A stretch of 32,000 bases of DNA from Cereibacter sphaeroides 2.4.1 (lineage in GTDB: Bacteria; Pseudomonadota; Alphaproteobacteria; Rhodobacterales; Rhodobacteraceae), in assembly GCF_000012905.2 (NCBI RefSeq), contig NC_007494.2, positions 540,001-572,000 on the forward strand, in the 5' to 3' direction. The position numbers and the translations under genes were made by a program. Below, one piece after another: positions 8,047 to 16,739 of this stretch (within the stretch, counting starts at the first letter, position 1; the number at the start of each line of letters is the position of its first letter). The notes under the pieces are model-generated. The model ran no database searches. It saw nothing but the letters and a program-made list of their open reading frames with translations, and was not told the DNA's origin.

Positions 8047-9560
8047 CCATGGCCGAAGCCAAGCAGGACACTGGCCCCGCCACCGCCGAGACGGAGGCGC
8101 TGGATCTGGGCGAGTTCAGTGCGCTTCTGGAAAAGGACTTCCGCGTCCGCGAGGACGACAGCGACAAGCTGAAGGATCTGGTGCGCAACCTCGCCCTCGC
8201 AGCCACCGAGCGGTCGGGCACCGCCACCATCTCGGGCAATGCCGTCAAGTCGATCAAGTCGCTGATCGCGGGCATCGACGCGCTTCTTTCGGCGCAGATG
8301 AACGAGATCCTCCACGCGCCCGAGGTGCGCCAGATCGAGGGGACATGGCGCGGGCTCCATTATCTCGTGAACAACACCGAGACCGACCAGAAGCTGAAGA
8401 TCCGGGTGATGAACATCACCAAGGACGAACTGGCCGACCAGCTCGAGGATTTCGAGGGCCAGATGTGGGACCAGTCGCCCACCTTCAAGAAGCTCTACAC
8501 CGAGGAATATTCGATGTTCGGCGGCGCGCCCTTCGGGGCGGTCATCGGGGCCTATGAATTCAGCCACCATCCGCGCGACGTAAGCCTCCTGCGCAACATC
8601 TCGGGCATCTGCGCCTCGGCCCATGCGCCGTTCATCGCCGCGGCCGCCCCGCAGCTCTTCCGCATGGAGAGCTGGCAGGAACTGCCCAATCCGCAGGATC
8701 TTCAGCAGATCGTCTCCTCGCCCGATTACGCCAGCTGGCAGTCGCTGCGCGAGAGCGAGGACAGCCGCTACATCGGCCTCACGCTTCCGCGGGTGCTGGC
8801 CCGCCTGCCCTATGGCGCGGCCACGATCCCGGTAAAGGGCTTCGCCTTCGAGGAGGAGATCGACGGCAAGCACGACCATTACGTCTGGATGAACGCGGCC
8901 TTCCCGATGGGCGTCAACATCAACCGCAGCCACAAGCTCTACAGCTGGGGCACTCAGATCCGCGGCGTCGAGACCGGCGGCTCGGTCATCAACCTGCCCG
9001 TCCACACCTTCCCGACCGACGACGGTTCGGTGGCGATGAAATGCCCCACCGAGATCGCCATCGACGACCGGCGCGAGGCGGAACTCGCCAGACTCGGGAT
9101 GATGCCGATCCTGCACCGCAAGAACACCGACATCGCGGCCTTCATCGGCGCTCACAGCCTGCAGGACGACGAGGCCCGCGCCGGGCGGCTGGTCGATCCC
9201 GACGCGCAGTCGAACGAGCGGCTGAGCGCGAACCTGCCCTACCTCTTCCCCGTCTGCCGCTTCGCCCATTACCTCAAGGCCATCGCGCGCGACAAGATCG
9301 GCAGCTTCAAGGAACGGGCCGACATGCAGGTCTGGCTGTCCGAGTGGATCAACCGCTATGTCCTCGCCAACACCGCCATGGCCGACGACAAGCAGAAGGC
9401 GCGCCGCCCGCTCGCCGCCGCCGAGGTGCAGGTCGACAGCGTCGAGGGCCGCCCCGGCTACTATGCCGCGCGCTTCTACCTGCGGCCGCACTACCAGCTC
9501 GAGGGCATCAACGCGAGCCTGCGGCTCGTCTCGGAGCTGCCCTCCGTCAAGGGAGGCTGA
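8043..9560 (+). CDS. tssC: T6SS contractile sheath large subunit TssC (VipB/ImpC)
   Basis: 505 aa with typical TssC N- and C-terminal regions (..PGYYAARFYLRPHYQLEGINASLRLVSELP). ATGA overlap with the tssB stop (8043-8046). Confidence 0.97.
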   Translation: MTMAEAKQDTGPATAETEALDLGEFSALLEKDFRVREDDSDKLKDLVRNLALAATERSGTATISGNAVKSIKSLIAGIDALLSAQMNEILHAPEVRQIEGTWRGLHYLVNNTETDQKLKIRVMNITKDELADQLEDFEGQMWDQSPTFKKLYTEEYSMFGGAPFGAVIGAYEFSHHPRDVSLLRNISGICASAHAPFIAAAAPQLFRMESWQELPNPQDLQQIVSSPDYASWQSLRESEDSRYIGLTLPRVLARLPYGAATIPVKGFAFEEEIDGKHDHYVWMNAAFPMGVNINRSHKLYSWGTQIRGVETGGSVINLPVHTFPTDDGSVAMKCPTEIAIDDRREAELARLGMMPILHRKNTDIAAFIGAHSLQDDEARAGRLVDPDAQSNERLSANLPYLFPVCRFAHYLKAIARDKIGSFKERADMQVWLSEWINRYVLANTAMADDKQKARRPLAAAEVQVDSVEGRPGYYAARFYLRPHYQLEGINASLRLVSELPSVKGG

Positions 9561-9611
9561 TCGCTTCTCCCCGCTTTCAGGACGTCTGCATGGCCATCGG
9601 AGGTTCAGGAC

Positions 9612-10103
9612 ATGGCATTCACAGGCTACCTCAAGATCGACGACATCAAGGGCGAGTCGCGGCGCGCCGACCACGAGGACGAGATCGACGCCTTCGGCGT
9701 GAGCTGGCTCGTCGAGCAGACGAGCTCGGCCTCGACCGGCAGCGGCCGGACGCGCGGCCGCGCCAGGGTGGGCGACTTCCGGCTGCGCAAATGGATGGAC
9801 GCCTCTTCACCCTATCTCGCGCTGGCCTGCATGCAGGGCAAGTCCTTCCCCGAGATGATCTTCATGGCCCGCAAGGACTCCGGCGAGGCGCATCTCGATT
9901 ATCTGCAGGTGACGCTGAAGAACTGCATCGTCTCGAGCTATGCGCTCGCGCAGGATGCGCCCGAGGAGTCGGGCCATGACATGATCGCCGAGGATGTGGC
10001 GATCTCGTTCGAGACCATCACCTACAAATATGTCGTTCAGGCCGACGACCATTCGGCCGGCGACGAGCACGAGGTCGAATATAACGTCGTCGCCGCCCGC
10101 TGA
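9612..10103 (+). CDS. hcp: T6SS tube protein Hcp (TssD)
   Basis: MAFTGYLKIDDIKGESRRADHEDEIDAFGVSW is the Hcp N-terminal signature. 163 aa. GGAGG Shine-Dalgarno upstream. Confidence 0.95.
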   Translation: MAFTGYLKIDDIKGESRRADHEDEIDAFGVSWLVEQTSSASTGSGRTRGRARVGDFRLRKWMDASSPYLALACMQGKSFPEMIFMARKDSGEAHLDYLQVTLKNCIVSSYALAQDAPEESGHDMIAEDVAISFETITYKYVVQADDHSAGDEHEVEYNVVAAR

Positions 10104-10135
10104 GCGCGGCGGCCCCGCTGGCGCGGAGGGACCCG

Positions 10136-10843
10136 ATGCCCGAGACGGTGATACCCCCTCATGCCCGCCGCGAGGCGGTGCAGCCGAGCCTCTGGGACCG
10201 GCTGCGCGAGGATCTGCCCGGCCTCATCGCCGAAAGCGGGCGGGCCCGGGCGGCCCTCGCGCGCGAACTGGGCGAGGAGCGGCTGGACGAGCTGCTCGCC
10301 CGGGGGCGGGCTGGGCTGACCGGTCTCGACGAAGGGCAGCGGCGCGCCGTCCTGCGGCTGATGGCGCTGCTCGACCGGCGCGCGTTTCTCGAGGAGCACG
10401 GTCTTCTCGTGACCCCCGAGGCGCTGCGCGAGGCCGTCCGGCGCGATGTCGAGGCGCTCTTCAACACCGAGCGGCTGCAGGCCCATCTTCTGCTCGGCGC
10501 AGCCGAGCGCGGGGCGGCGGAAGACCCCGCCGATACTCTCGAAGACTTCCCCCATGTCCGGCGCAGCGTGCTGAACTTCGGCGTTCCCGCCTTTTCGGGC
10601 CGGCGCGCGCGCGACTTCGATCCCGAGCGGCTGGCGCGCGATCTGCGCGAGGTGGTGGCTTTGTTCGAGCCGCGGCTGCGGCGCGACACGCTCAGGATCC
10701 GCGTGGACACCCACGACCGCAGCGGCCTGCGCATCTCCATCGAGGGGGTGCTGATGCTCGCCCCCGTACCCGAGCGGTTGCGGCTGTCAACCATGCTCGA
10801 CCTCGATACCGGCAGCGCCTCGACCGCGCTCGAGGAGGCGTGA
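10136..10843 (+). CDS. tssE: T6SS baseplate subunit TssE (gp25-like), unusually long at 235 aa
   Basis: SLWDRL...RRDVEALFNTERL...VLNFGVPAFSG...REVVALFEPRL matches the gp25/TssE motif order, with extra residues between the first two motifs. Confidence 0.85.
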   Translation: MPETVIPPHARREAVQPSLWDRLREDLPGLIAESGRARAALARELGEERLDELLARGRAGLTGLDEGQRRAVLRLMALLDRRAFLEEHGLLVTPEALREAVRRDVEALFNTERLQAHLLLGAAERGAAEDPADTLEDFPHVRRSVLNFGVPAFSGRRARDFDPERLARDLREVVALFEPRLRRDTLRIRVDTHDRSGLRISIEGVLMLAPVPERLRLSTMLDLDTGSASTALEEA

Positions 10844-12708
10844 TGGACCGCGCCTTCCTCGCCTATTACGAGGCAGAGCTCGCCGAGCTGCGCGAGGCGG
10901 CGGCCGCGTTCGGCACCCTGCATCCGACGGTGGGGCGCAACCTCTCGCTCGATACGGTGCCCTGCCCGGACCCCTATGTGGAACGGCTGCTCGAAGGGGT
11001 GGCCTGGCTCGCGGCAAGGACCCGGCTCAAGCTCGACGCCGAGGCGCAGCGCAGCGTGCGCAACCTGCTCGACTGGCTCTGGCCCGATCTCGCCGGGCCT
11101 GCGCCGGCCATGGCGCTCGCCACCCTTCACCCGGGGCCGCAGGTGCTGGGGATGGCGGACGGCCACACGGTGAGGCGCGGCACCCGCCTCGTCGCGGCCT
11201 TCCGCGAGGGGCTGGCCACGCGCGCCACCTACACGACCGCGCAGGACGTGACCCTCTGGCCGGTGACCCTCGAGGCGGCGGGATACCTGCCCGACCGCGG
11301 CGCCTTGAAGGCCGCGGGGCTCTCCGAGGCGATGGCGGGGGGCGCCGAGGCGGCCATCCGCCTCGCCCTCGCGCGCGCAGGGCCGGGCACGCTCTCCGAG
11401 CTGTCGCTCGACCGGCTCGACCTCTGTTTCGCGGGCAGTCCGCGCGCGCCCGCGCTGTTCGACGCGATCCACGGCACCTGTCGGCGGGCGGCGGCCCGCG
11501 GCGCGGCGGATTTCGAGCGGGTGCCGGCCCCCGCCCTCGTCGGCATCGACGGGGCGGAGGGACTGCTGCCGCGCCTGCGCCCCTCCTTCGAGGGCTACCG
11601 GCTGATCCGCGAATATTTCCTGATGCCGGATCGGTTCCACTACCTGCGCCTCGACGGGCTGCAGACAGCCATCCGCGCGGCGACGGGACGGGTCGAGATC
11701 CTGTTGCTCCTCGACCGTCCGCGGCCGGCGCTGGCGGACGTCGCGGCGTCGGACTTCCGGCTGTTCGTGACGCCCGTGGTCAATCTCTTCGAGAAGGAAT
11801 GCAATGCGGTCGAGGTCGATCCCCGCTCGGCCGCGCATGTCGTGCACCCGGACCGCACAAGGCCGCGCGACTTCGAGATCCTGCGCCTGCTGCGGGTCGA
11901 GGATGCCGACAGCTCCGGCCCCGAGGCGGTGATCGAGCCCCTGCATGCGCCCGCGGCCCAGGGGGGCTTGGGTCTTTTCTATACCACCGAGCGCCGCCCC
12001 CGCCGCCCCGGCGAGGACGAGCTGCGCCGGGGGCAGACCCGGACGAGCCACGCGGGCGACGATCTTTACATCTCGCTCGTGCGGCGTCCGGGCGCGACGG
12101 CGCCTGCCGTCCGGCGGCTCGACATCCGCGCGCTCTGCACCAACCGCGACCTGCCGATCCTCGACGACAGCCCGCGCCTCACGCTCGAAAGCGGCGATCC
12201 GGTGGCGCGGGTCGAGCTTCTGTCGGCGCTCCGCCGCCCCCGTCCCGCGCTGGCCGCCGGGCTGCCGCGCATGACCCGCGAAGCGGAGGCGCAGCAGGAC
12301 GAGGTCATCTGGCGCCTCGCCGCGCAGCTCTCGCTCGATCATCTGTCGCTCGCCGAGACGACCGACGACGCCGAACCGCTGCGCGCGCTGCTCGCGCTCT
12401 ATGCCGACCGCGGCGACCCGGCCGTGGCCCGCCATGCGCGGTCCATCGCCCGGGTGCGGGCGCGCGCCGTGACCGAGCGGCTGGATCTGCCCGGCCCGCT
12501 CTGCTTCGGCCGCGGACAGGAGGTGACGCTCGAAGTCGACGAGACGGTGCTGAGCGGGGCGAGCACGCTTCTTCTGTCCGCGCTGCTCGCGCAGCTCTTC
12601 GCGCGGCAGGCGGCGATCAACGCGGTCGTCCGGCTGCGCACGCGGCTGGTTCAGGCACAGGAGGAGGTGACATGGCCGACGATCCCCGGCATCCGCCCCC
12701 CGATCTGA
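10843..12708 (+). CDS. tssF: T6SS baseplate subunit TssF (ImpG/VasA)
   Basis: MDRAFLAYYEAELAELREAAAAFGTLHPTVGRNL is the TssF N-terminus. ATG 10843 shares one nucleotide with the tssE TGA. The upstream part of the 904-aa ORF is Arg/Ala/Pro-rich non-coding-looking read-through. Confidence 0.95.
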   Translation: MDRAFLAYYEAELAELREAAAAFGTLHPTVGRNLSLDTVPCPDPYVERLLEGVAWLAARTRLKLDAEAQRSVRNLLDWLWPDLAGPAPAMALATLHPGPQVLGMADGHTVRRGTRLVAAFREGLATRATYTTAQDVTLWPVTLEAAGYLPDRGALKAAGLSEAMAGGAEAAIRLALARAGPGTLSELSLDRLDLCFAGSPRAPALFDAIHGTCRRAAARGAADFERVPAPALVGIDGAEGLLPRLRPSFEGYRLIREYFLMPDRFHYLRLDGLQTAIRAATGRVEILLLLDRPRPALADVAASDFRLFVTPVVNLFEKECNAVEVDPRSAAHVVHPDRTRPRDFEILRLLRVEDADSSGPEAVIEPLHAPAAQGGLGLFYTTERRPRRPGEDELRRGQTRTSHAGDDLYISLVRRPGATAPAVRRLDIRALCTNRDLPILDDSPRLTLESGDPVARVELLSALRRPRPALAAGLPRMTREAEAQQDEVIWRLAAQLSLDHLSLAETTDDAEPLRALLALYADRGDPAVARHARSIARVRARAVTERLDLPGPLCFGRGQEVTLEVDETVLSGASTLLLSALLAQLFARQAAINAVVRLRTRLVQAQEEVTWPTIPGIRPPI

Positions 12709-13670
12709 GCCCCGCCACGGGCTTCTTCGAGCTGCTGCGCCGGCTGGAGGCGCCGGAACTCCGCTTCGGCCGCACCGGCCCCGAGCCCGCGCGGCTCGGC
12801 CAGCGCGTGCGGCTGTCGATGGCGGCGCGCGACGTGGCGGCGCTGCGCCCCGGCGCGCCGCCCTTCGTCGAGGTCGAGGTGCTGGGCCTTCTCGGCCCCG
12901 AGGGGCCGATGCCCCTGCATCTCACGCGCTGGCTGATGCAGCGCCTGTCCGACCGCTGGTTCGAGGGCACCGACGGCGGCACCGCCGATACGACGGCGCT
13001 CGATTTCCTCAACATGATCCAGCATCGGCTGCTCGCGCTCTACTGGCGCGCCTGGGCCGACCAGAGGCCCGAGGTGCAGGCAGCCTTCGGCACGGGGCGG
13101 CTCGGGGCCATGATCGACGCCCTCGCCGGTCTGGGCCTGCCCGGGCCGCGGCCTGCCCGGCTCGACGGCGTGAAGCGGCGGCACGCGACCTCGCTCGCCT
13201 CCGGGATCCAGAGCCCCGCGCGGCTGACGGATCTGGTGGCCTGCCATCTCGGCGCGCCAAGCACGCTTCGTGAATTTCTGCCGCACTGGATGCCGATCCC
13301 GCTGCCGCTGCAGAGCCGGCTCGGCCACCAGCACGCCCGCCTCGGCCGCGGCGCGGTGGCCGGGGCGCGCAGCTTCCAGCGCCAGACCCGGGCCGAGCTG
13401 CGCGTGGGGCCGGTGGATCTGCCGCTCTACCTGCGCCTGATCGAGGATCCGGCGCTCGCCGCCGACCTGCGCCATCTGGTGGGCGTGGCCGCCCCGCGCG
13501 AGGTGACGGTGGGGCTGCGGCCCCTCCTGCGGCGCGCGGCGATCCCCGCCCCGCGCCTCGGCTCGGTGCGGCTCGGCCGGACGCTCTGGCTGGCGGGCGG
13601 CCGCCACCGCGACGCCGAGGACTGGCGGCGGCCAAGCCTTCTTCCCGCAGAGGGAGAGGCCGGATGCTGA
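12672..13670 (+). CDS. tssG: T6SS baseplate subunit TssG (ImpH/VasB)
   Basis: MADDPRHPPPDLSPATGFFELLRRLE is the TssG signature. ATG 12672 preceded by GAGGAGG. Overlaps the tssF 3' end by 37 nt. Confidence 0.9.
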   Translation: MADDPRHPPPDLSPATGFFELLRRLEAPELRFGRTGPEPARLGQRVRLSMAARDVAALRPGAPPFVEVEVLGLLGPEGPMPLHLTRWLMQRLSDRWFEGTDGGTADTTALDFLNMIQHRLLALYWRAWADQRPEVQAAFGTGRLGAMIDALAGLGLPGPRPARLDGVKRRHATSLASGIQSPARLTDLVACHLGAPSTLREFLPHWMPIPLPLQSRLGHQHARLGRGAVAGARSFQRQTRAELRVGPVDLPLYLRLIEDPALAADLRHLVGVAAPREVTVGLRPLLRRAAIPAPRLGSVRLGRTLWLAGGRHRDAEDWRRPSLLPAEGEAGC

Positions 13671-14893
13671 GGCTCGTCATCGAACATGCGCCCTGCCCGC
13701 AGCGCGTGGGCGAGATGCGGCTCGAAGCGGGCGAACTCTCGATCGGGCGCGGTGCCGACTGCGACTGGCAGATCGACGACCCGGACATGTTCGTCTCGCG
13801 CAGGCACTGCATCGTCTCTGGCGGCGAGGGCGGCTGGCTGGTGATCGACGCAAGCCGGGGCGGGCTGTTCCTCGACGGGTCCGAGAGCCCGCTCGGCGCG
13901 GGAAATTCCGCGGTGCTGGCGCAGGGCACCCGGCTCCGGCTGGGCGATGTCGTGCTGCGCGCCGAGATCGAGGGGCGCGAGCCCCTGCGCGCGCCGCTCG
14001 CGCCGCGCGAGGCGGCGCTGGCGGTCGACGATTTCTTCGCGGCGCCCCGCGCGGTGACGCCCGAGCCTCCGCCGCGGCCGAAGGATCTGCCGGGACCGTT
14101 CGAGGCGGTGGAGCGGGCGCCCGCCCCGCCGCCGCAGGATGACTTCGGCTTCGGCTGGGCCCTGCCCGCGCAAGTTCGCCCGCCCCCCGCCGAGGCGCGC
14201 AAAACGGAGGGACAGGACCCGTTCTTCAGGCCGGGCACCGCGACGGAGAACCCTTCCCTGGAAGCATCCCCGGCCCCACCTCAGGCGAGGTCCGCGCCAA
14301 GGGAGCTCGCCTTGTCGGAGGACGCCCTGTCCGAGGCCTTCTTCCACGGCCTGGGCCTTCCGTCCGAAGCCCTCGACACGGCGGCGATGGAGGCGATGGG
14401 CCGCCGCTTCCGGCTGCTGGCCGAGGGGCTCGTCCTGCTGCTGCGCGCCCGCTCCCGCGAGAAGGGCGCCGCCCGCGTTCCGCAGAGCGTGATCGGGGCT
14501 TCGGAGGTGAACCCGCTGAAATTCCTCGTCACGCTCGACGAGGCAGTGGCCGCGCTGGTGACGCCGCGGGGGCCGGGATATCTCGGCCCCGAGGCTTCCA
14601 TCGAGGGCGCCTTCCGCGACCTCACCGACCATCAGCTGCGCAACTGGATCGCGGTGCAGGCCGCGCTGCGCCGGATGATCGACCGGTTCGATCCCGCGCG
14701 CTTCGAGGCCGAGAGCGAGCGCGAGGGCCGGATGGCGCAGCTCCTCGCCGGAGGCCGCAGCGCGCGGCTCTGGCAGCTGTATCTCGACCGTTACGAAGAG
14801 CTCGCCCGCGCGGCCGAGGACCGGTTCCTCGGCGAGGTCGGGGCCGATTTCAGGGAGGCCTACGAGGGCCCGGAGAGGAGAGAGAATGGCTGA
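13664..14893 (+). CDS. tagH: T6SS-associated FHA-domain protein TagH (Fha/ImpI)
   Basis: N-terminal FHA domain (LSIGRGADCDWQIDDPDMFVSRRHCIV...LRLGDVVLRAEI), a Pro-rich linker, and a TagH-type C-terminal domain. ATG overlaps the tssG stop by 7 nt. Confidence 0.9.
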   Translation: MLRLVIEHAPCPQRVGEMRLEAGELSIGRGADCDWQIDDPDMFVSRRHCIVSGGEGGWLVIDASRGGLFLDGSESPLGAGNSAVLAQGTRLRLGDVVLRAEIEGREPLRAPLAPREAALAVDDFFAAPRAVTPEPPPRPKDLPGPFEAVERAPAPPPQDDFGFGWALPAQVRPPPAEARKTEGQDPFFRPGTATENPSLEASPAPPQARSAPRELALSEDALSEAFFHGLGLPSEALDTAAMEAMGRRFRLLAEGLVLLLRARSREKGAARVPQSVIGASEVNPLKFLVTLDEAVAALVTPRGPGYLGPEASIEGAFRDLTDHQLRNWIAVQAALRRMIDRFDPARFEAESEREGRMAQLLAGGRSARLWQLYLDRYEELARAAEDRFLGEVGADFREAYEGPERRENG

Positions 14894-15338
14894 CAGACGC
14901 ATGTTCCTTGCGGGCGCGGGGGCGCTTTTGCTCGTGGCGGGCTGCGGGGGGCCCAAGGCCGGCACGCTCACCGTCAGCGCCACGGGCACGGCGGGCATGA
15001 ACCCCGGCCCCGACGGGAGCGACCGGCCGCTGACGGTCCAGATCCTGCAGCTGCGCGGCACCGCGGCCTTCGACGCGGCCGACGCCTTCGCGCTCCAGTC
15101 GCCGGCGGCAAGCCTCGGCGCGGACCTGCTCAAGGCGGATCTCGTGACGCTGATGCCGGGCGCGCCGGTCGTGCGGGCGATCCCGCTCGACCCGTCGGTG
15201 GCGGCCATCGGCGTGGTCGCGGGCTTCCGCAGCGCGGGCGGACGCAGCTACCGCTACAGCTTCAGCGTCGCGCCCACCGCCGAGGTGGCGCTGAAGATCG
15301 ACGTGGGCCAGGGGGGCCTCGTCGTGGTGCAGGGCTGA
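14886..15338 (+). CDS. tssJ: T6SS outer-membrane lipoprotein TssJ (SciN/VasD)
   Basis: Signal peptide with lipobox LVAGC (Cys20), then the TssJ-like pattern LTVSATGTAGMNPGPDGSDRPLTVQILQLR. Overlaps the tagH stop by 8 nt. Confidence 0.85.
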   Translation: MADRRMFLAGAGALLLVAGCGGPKAGTLTVSATGTAGMNPGPDGSDRPLTVQILQLRGTAAFDAADAFALQSPAASLGADLLKADLVTLMPGAPVVRAIPLDPSVAAIGVVAGFRSAGGRSYRYSFSVAPTAEVALKIDVGQGGLVVVQG

Positions 15339-15346
15339 GGCGCGCC

Positions 15347-16675
15347 ATGAGCGGCAACAGGGTGGTCTGGTCGGAAGGGCTCTTCCTCAGGACCCAGCAC
15401 TTCCAGCAGCAGGACCGGCACGCGGAGGCGCTGCTGCGCGCGGCGCTCCTTGCCGCGCCCTGGCAGCCCTTCGGCTTCACCCGGCTCGCGCTCGATGCGG
15501 CGGCGCTCGACGCAGGCCGCGTGGCGCTCGCCGAGGCGGAGGCGCTGATGCCGGACGGCACGGCCTTCCGCCTGACCGAGGCCGAGCCGCCGCCGGCCGC
15601 GGCGCTCCGCCGCGACGGGCCGCCGGGCCTCGTCCAGCTGGCGCTGCCGCTCGAGCAGGAGGGGGCGGCGAGTGTCGATCCCGCCCATGCCGCACCCTCG
15701 GGTGCGCGCTACCGGGGCCGGATCGAGGTGCTGCGCGATGCGATCCGCGGCGGCGCCGAGCCCGAGGAGGTGGAGCTCGCGCGGCTCGCCCCGCGGCTGA
15801 TCGCGCCGGGAGAGCCCGCGGACGGCTGCGTGACGCTGCCCGTGGCGCGCGTCGAGGGGCTGCGCGCGGACGGATCCGTGGCCCTGCAGGAGGGATGGCT
15901 GCCCCCTGCCCTCACCATCGGCGCCGTGCCCTGGTATGGCGCGCTGCTTCAGGAGCTGGTGACGGGGCTCGACCGGGTGGCCGATGCCCATGGCGGGCTC
16001 GTGCTGGGCGGCGCCGGGCGCTCGATCGAGAACCTGCTGATCCTCGAACTGGCCAACACCGCGCGCCCGCGCCTTGCCCACCTGCTCCAGCAGGCGCAGG
16101 AACATCCATCGGCGCTCTATGCCGAGCTGGCCGCGCTCGCCGGGCGGATGGCGACCTACGGCTCCTCCTCGCGCCGGCTGAGCGCGCTTGCGCCCTACGA
16201 CCATCTCGAGCCACAGCCGGCCTTCGCGGCGCTGGCCGACACGCTGCGTTCGCTTCTTCTGTCGCTGCGCCATGTCGAGCCGAAGTCGCGGGCGCTGCCG
16301 GTGGCGCGCCACGCGCAGAACATCTGGAAGGTCCGCATCGACAATCCCGAGATCCTGCGCTCCTCGCGCATCGTGCTGCGCGTGGGCTCGGAGATGTCGG
16401 ACGAGAGCCTGCGCCGGCTCTTCGCCGATCAGGCGACGGTGGGCGCGGCCGATGCCTTCGAGCGGCTCTGGACCTCGCGCCTGCCGGGCATCCCGCTGAA
16501 GCCGCTCCATTCCCAGCCGCGCGAGATCCCCTACGACGGCGAGCGGCTCTGCCTCGAGCTCGACCAGAAATCCGAGCACTGGTCGCAACTCCTCGAGGCG
16601 CCGGGCTTCGTGGTGGGGGTTTCGGGCGTGCTCGAGCGCGAGCCGCAGATCGATTGCTATGCGGTGAGCCGATGA
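15347..16675 (+). CDS. tssK: T6SS baseplate subunit TssK (ImpJ/VasE)
   Basis: VVWSEGLFLRTQHFQQQDRH is the hallmark TssK N-terminus. 442 aa. Confidence 0.95.
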   Translation: MSGNRVVWSEGLFLRTQHFQQQDRHAEALLRAALLAAPWQPFGFTRLALDAAALDAGRVALAEAEALMPDGTAFRLTEAEPPPAAALRRDGPPGLVQLALPLEQEGAASVDPAHAAPSGARYRGRIEVLRDAIRGGAEPEEVELARLAPRLIAPGEPADGCVTLPVARVEGLRADGSVALQEGWLPPALTIGAVPWYGALLQELVTGLDRVADAHGGLVLGGAGRSIENLLILELANTARPRLAHLLQQAQEHPSALYAELAALAGRMATYGSSSRRLSALAPYDHLEPQPAFAALADTLRSLLLSLRHVEPKSRALPVARHAQNIWKVRIDNPEILRSSRIVLRVGSEMSDESLRRLFADQATVGAADAFERLWTSRLPGIPLKPLHSQPREIPYDGERLCLELDQKSEHWSQLLEAPGFVVGVSGVLEREPQIDCYAVSR

Positions 16676-16739
16676 CCCGCGCAGGCGCCTCCGGCTGGGC
16701 ATGTCCGCCGTTGGGCGCGGGGCGCCGGGGGACGGGACC

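Noticed and set aside
10089-10113. GC stem-loop spanning the hcp stop codon (CGCCGC-N9-GCGGCG), considered as an attenuator or terminator after hcp.
   Set aside because: The stem is only 6-8 bp, no U-tract follows, and such stems arise readily by chance at this GC content. tssE starts 23 nt later.
9994-10842. N-terminal extensions suggested by the ORF track: tssF from 9994, tssG from 11799, tssM from 17138, vgrG to 24740, pppA to 28742, tagF from 21516, tssA from TTG 6334, the glycosyltransferase to 31926, and the mini-spike to 1568.
   Set aside because: The extensions are low-complexity Arg/Ala/Pro sequence overlapping the preceding gene. The conserved family N-termini begin at internal ATGs with Shine-Dalgarno sequences or stop/start overlaps.
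16701-16739. Upstream ATG at 16701 as the tssL start.
   Set aside because: It has no Shine-Dalgarno sequence, and the added 13 residues (MSAVGRGAPGDGT) look non-conserved. MTREDDPFGL at 16740 matches the usual TssL N-terminus. The choice remains uncertain without proteomic data.
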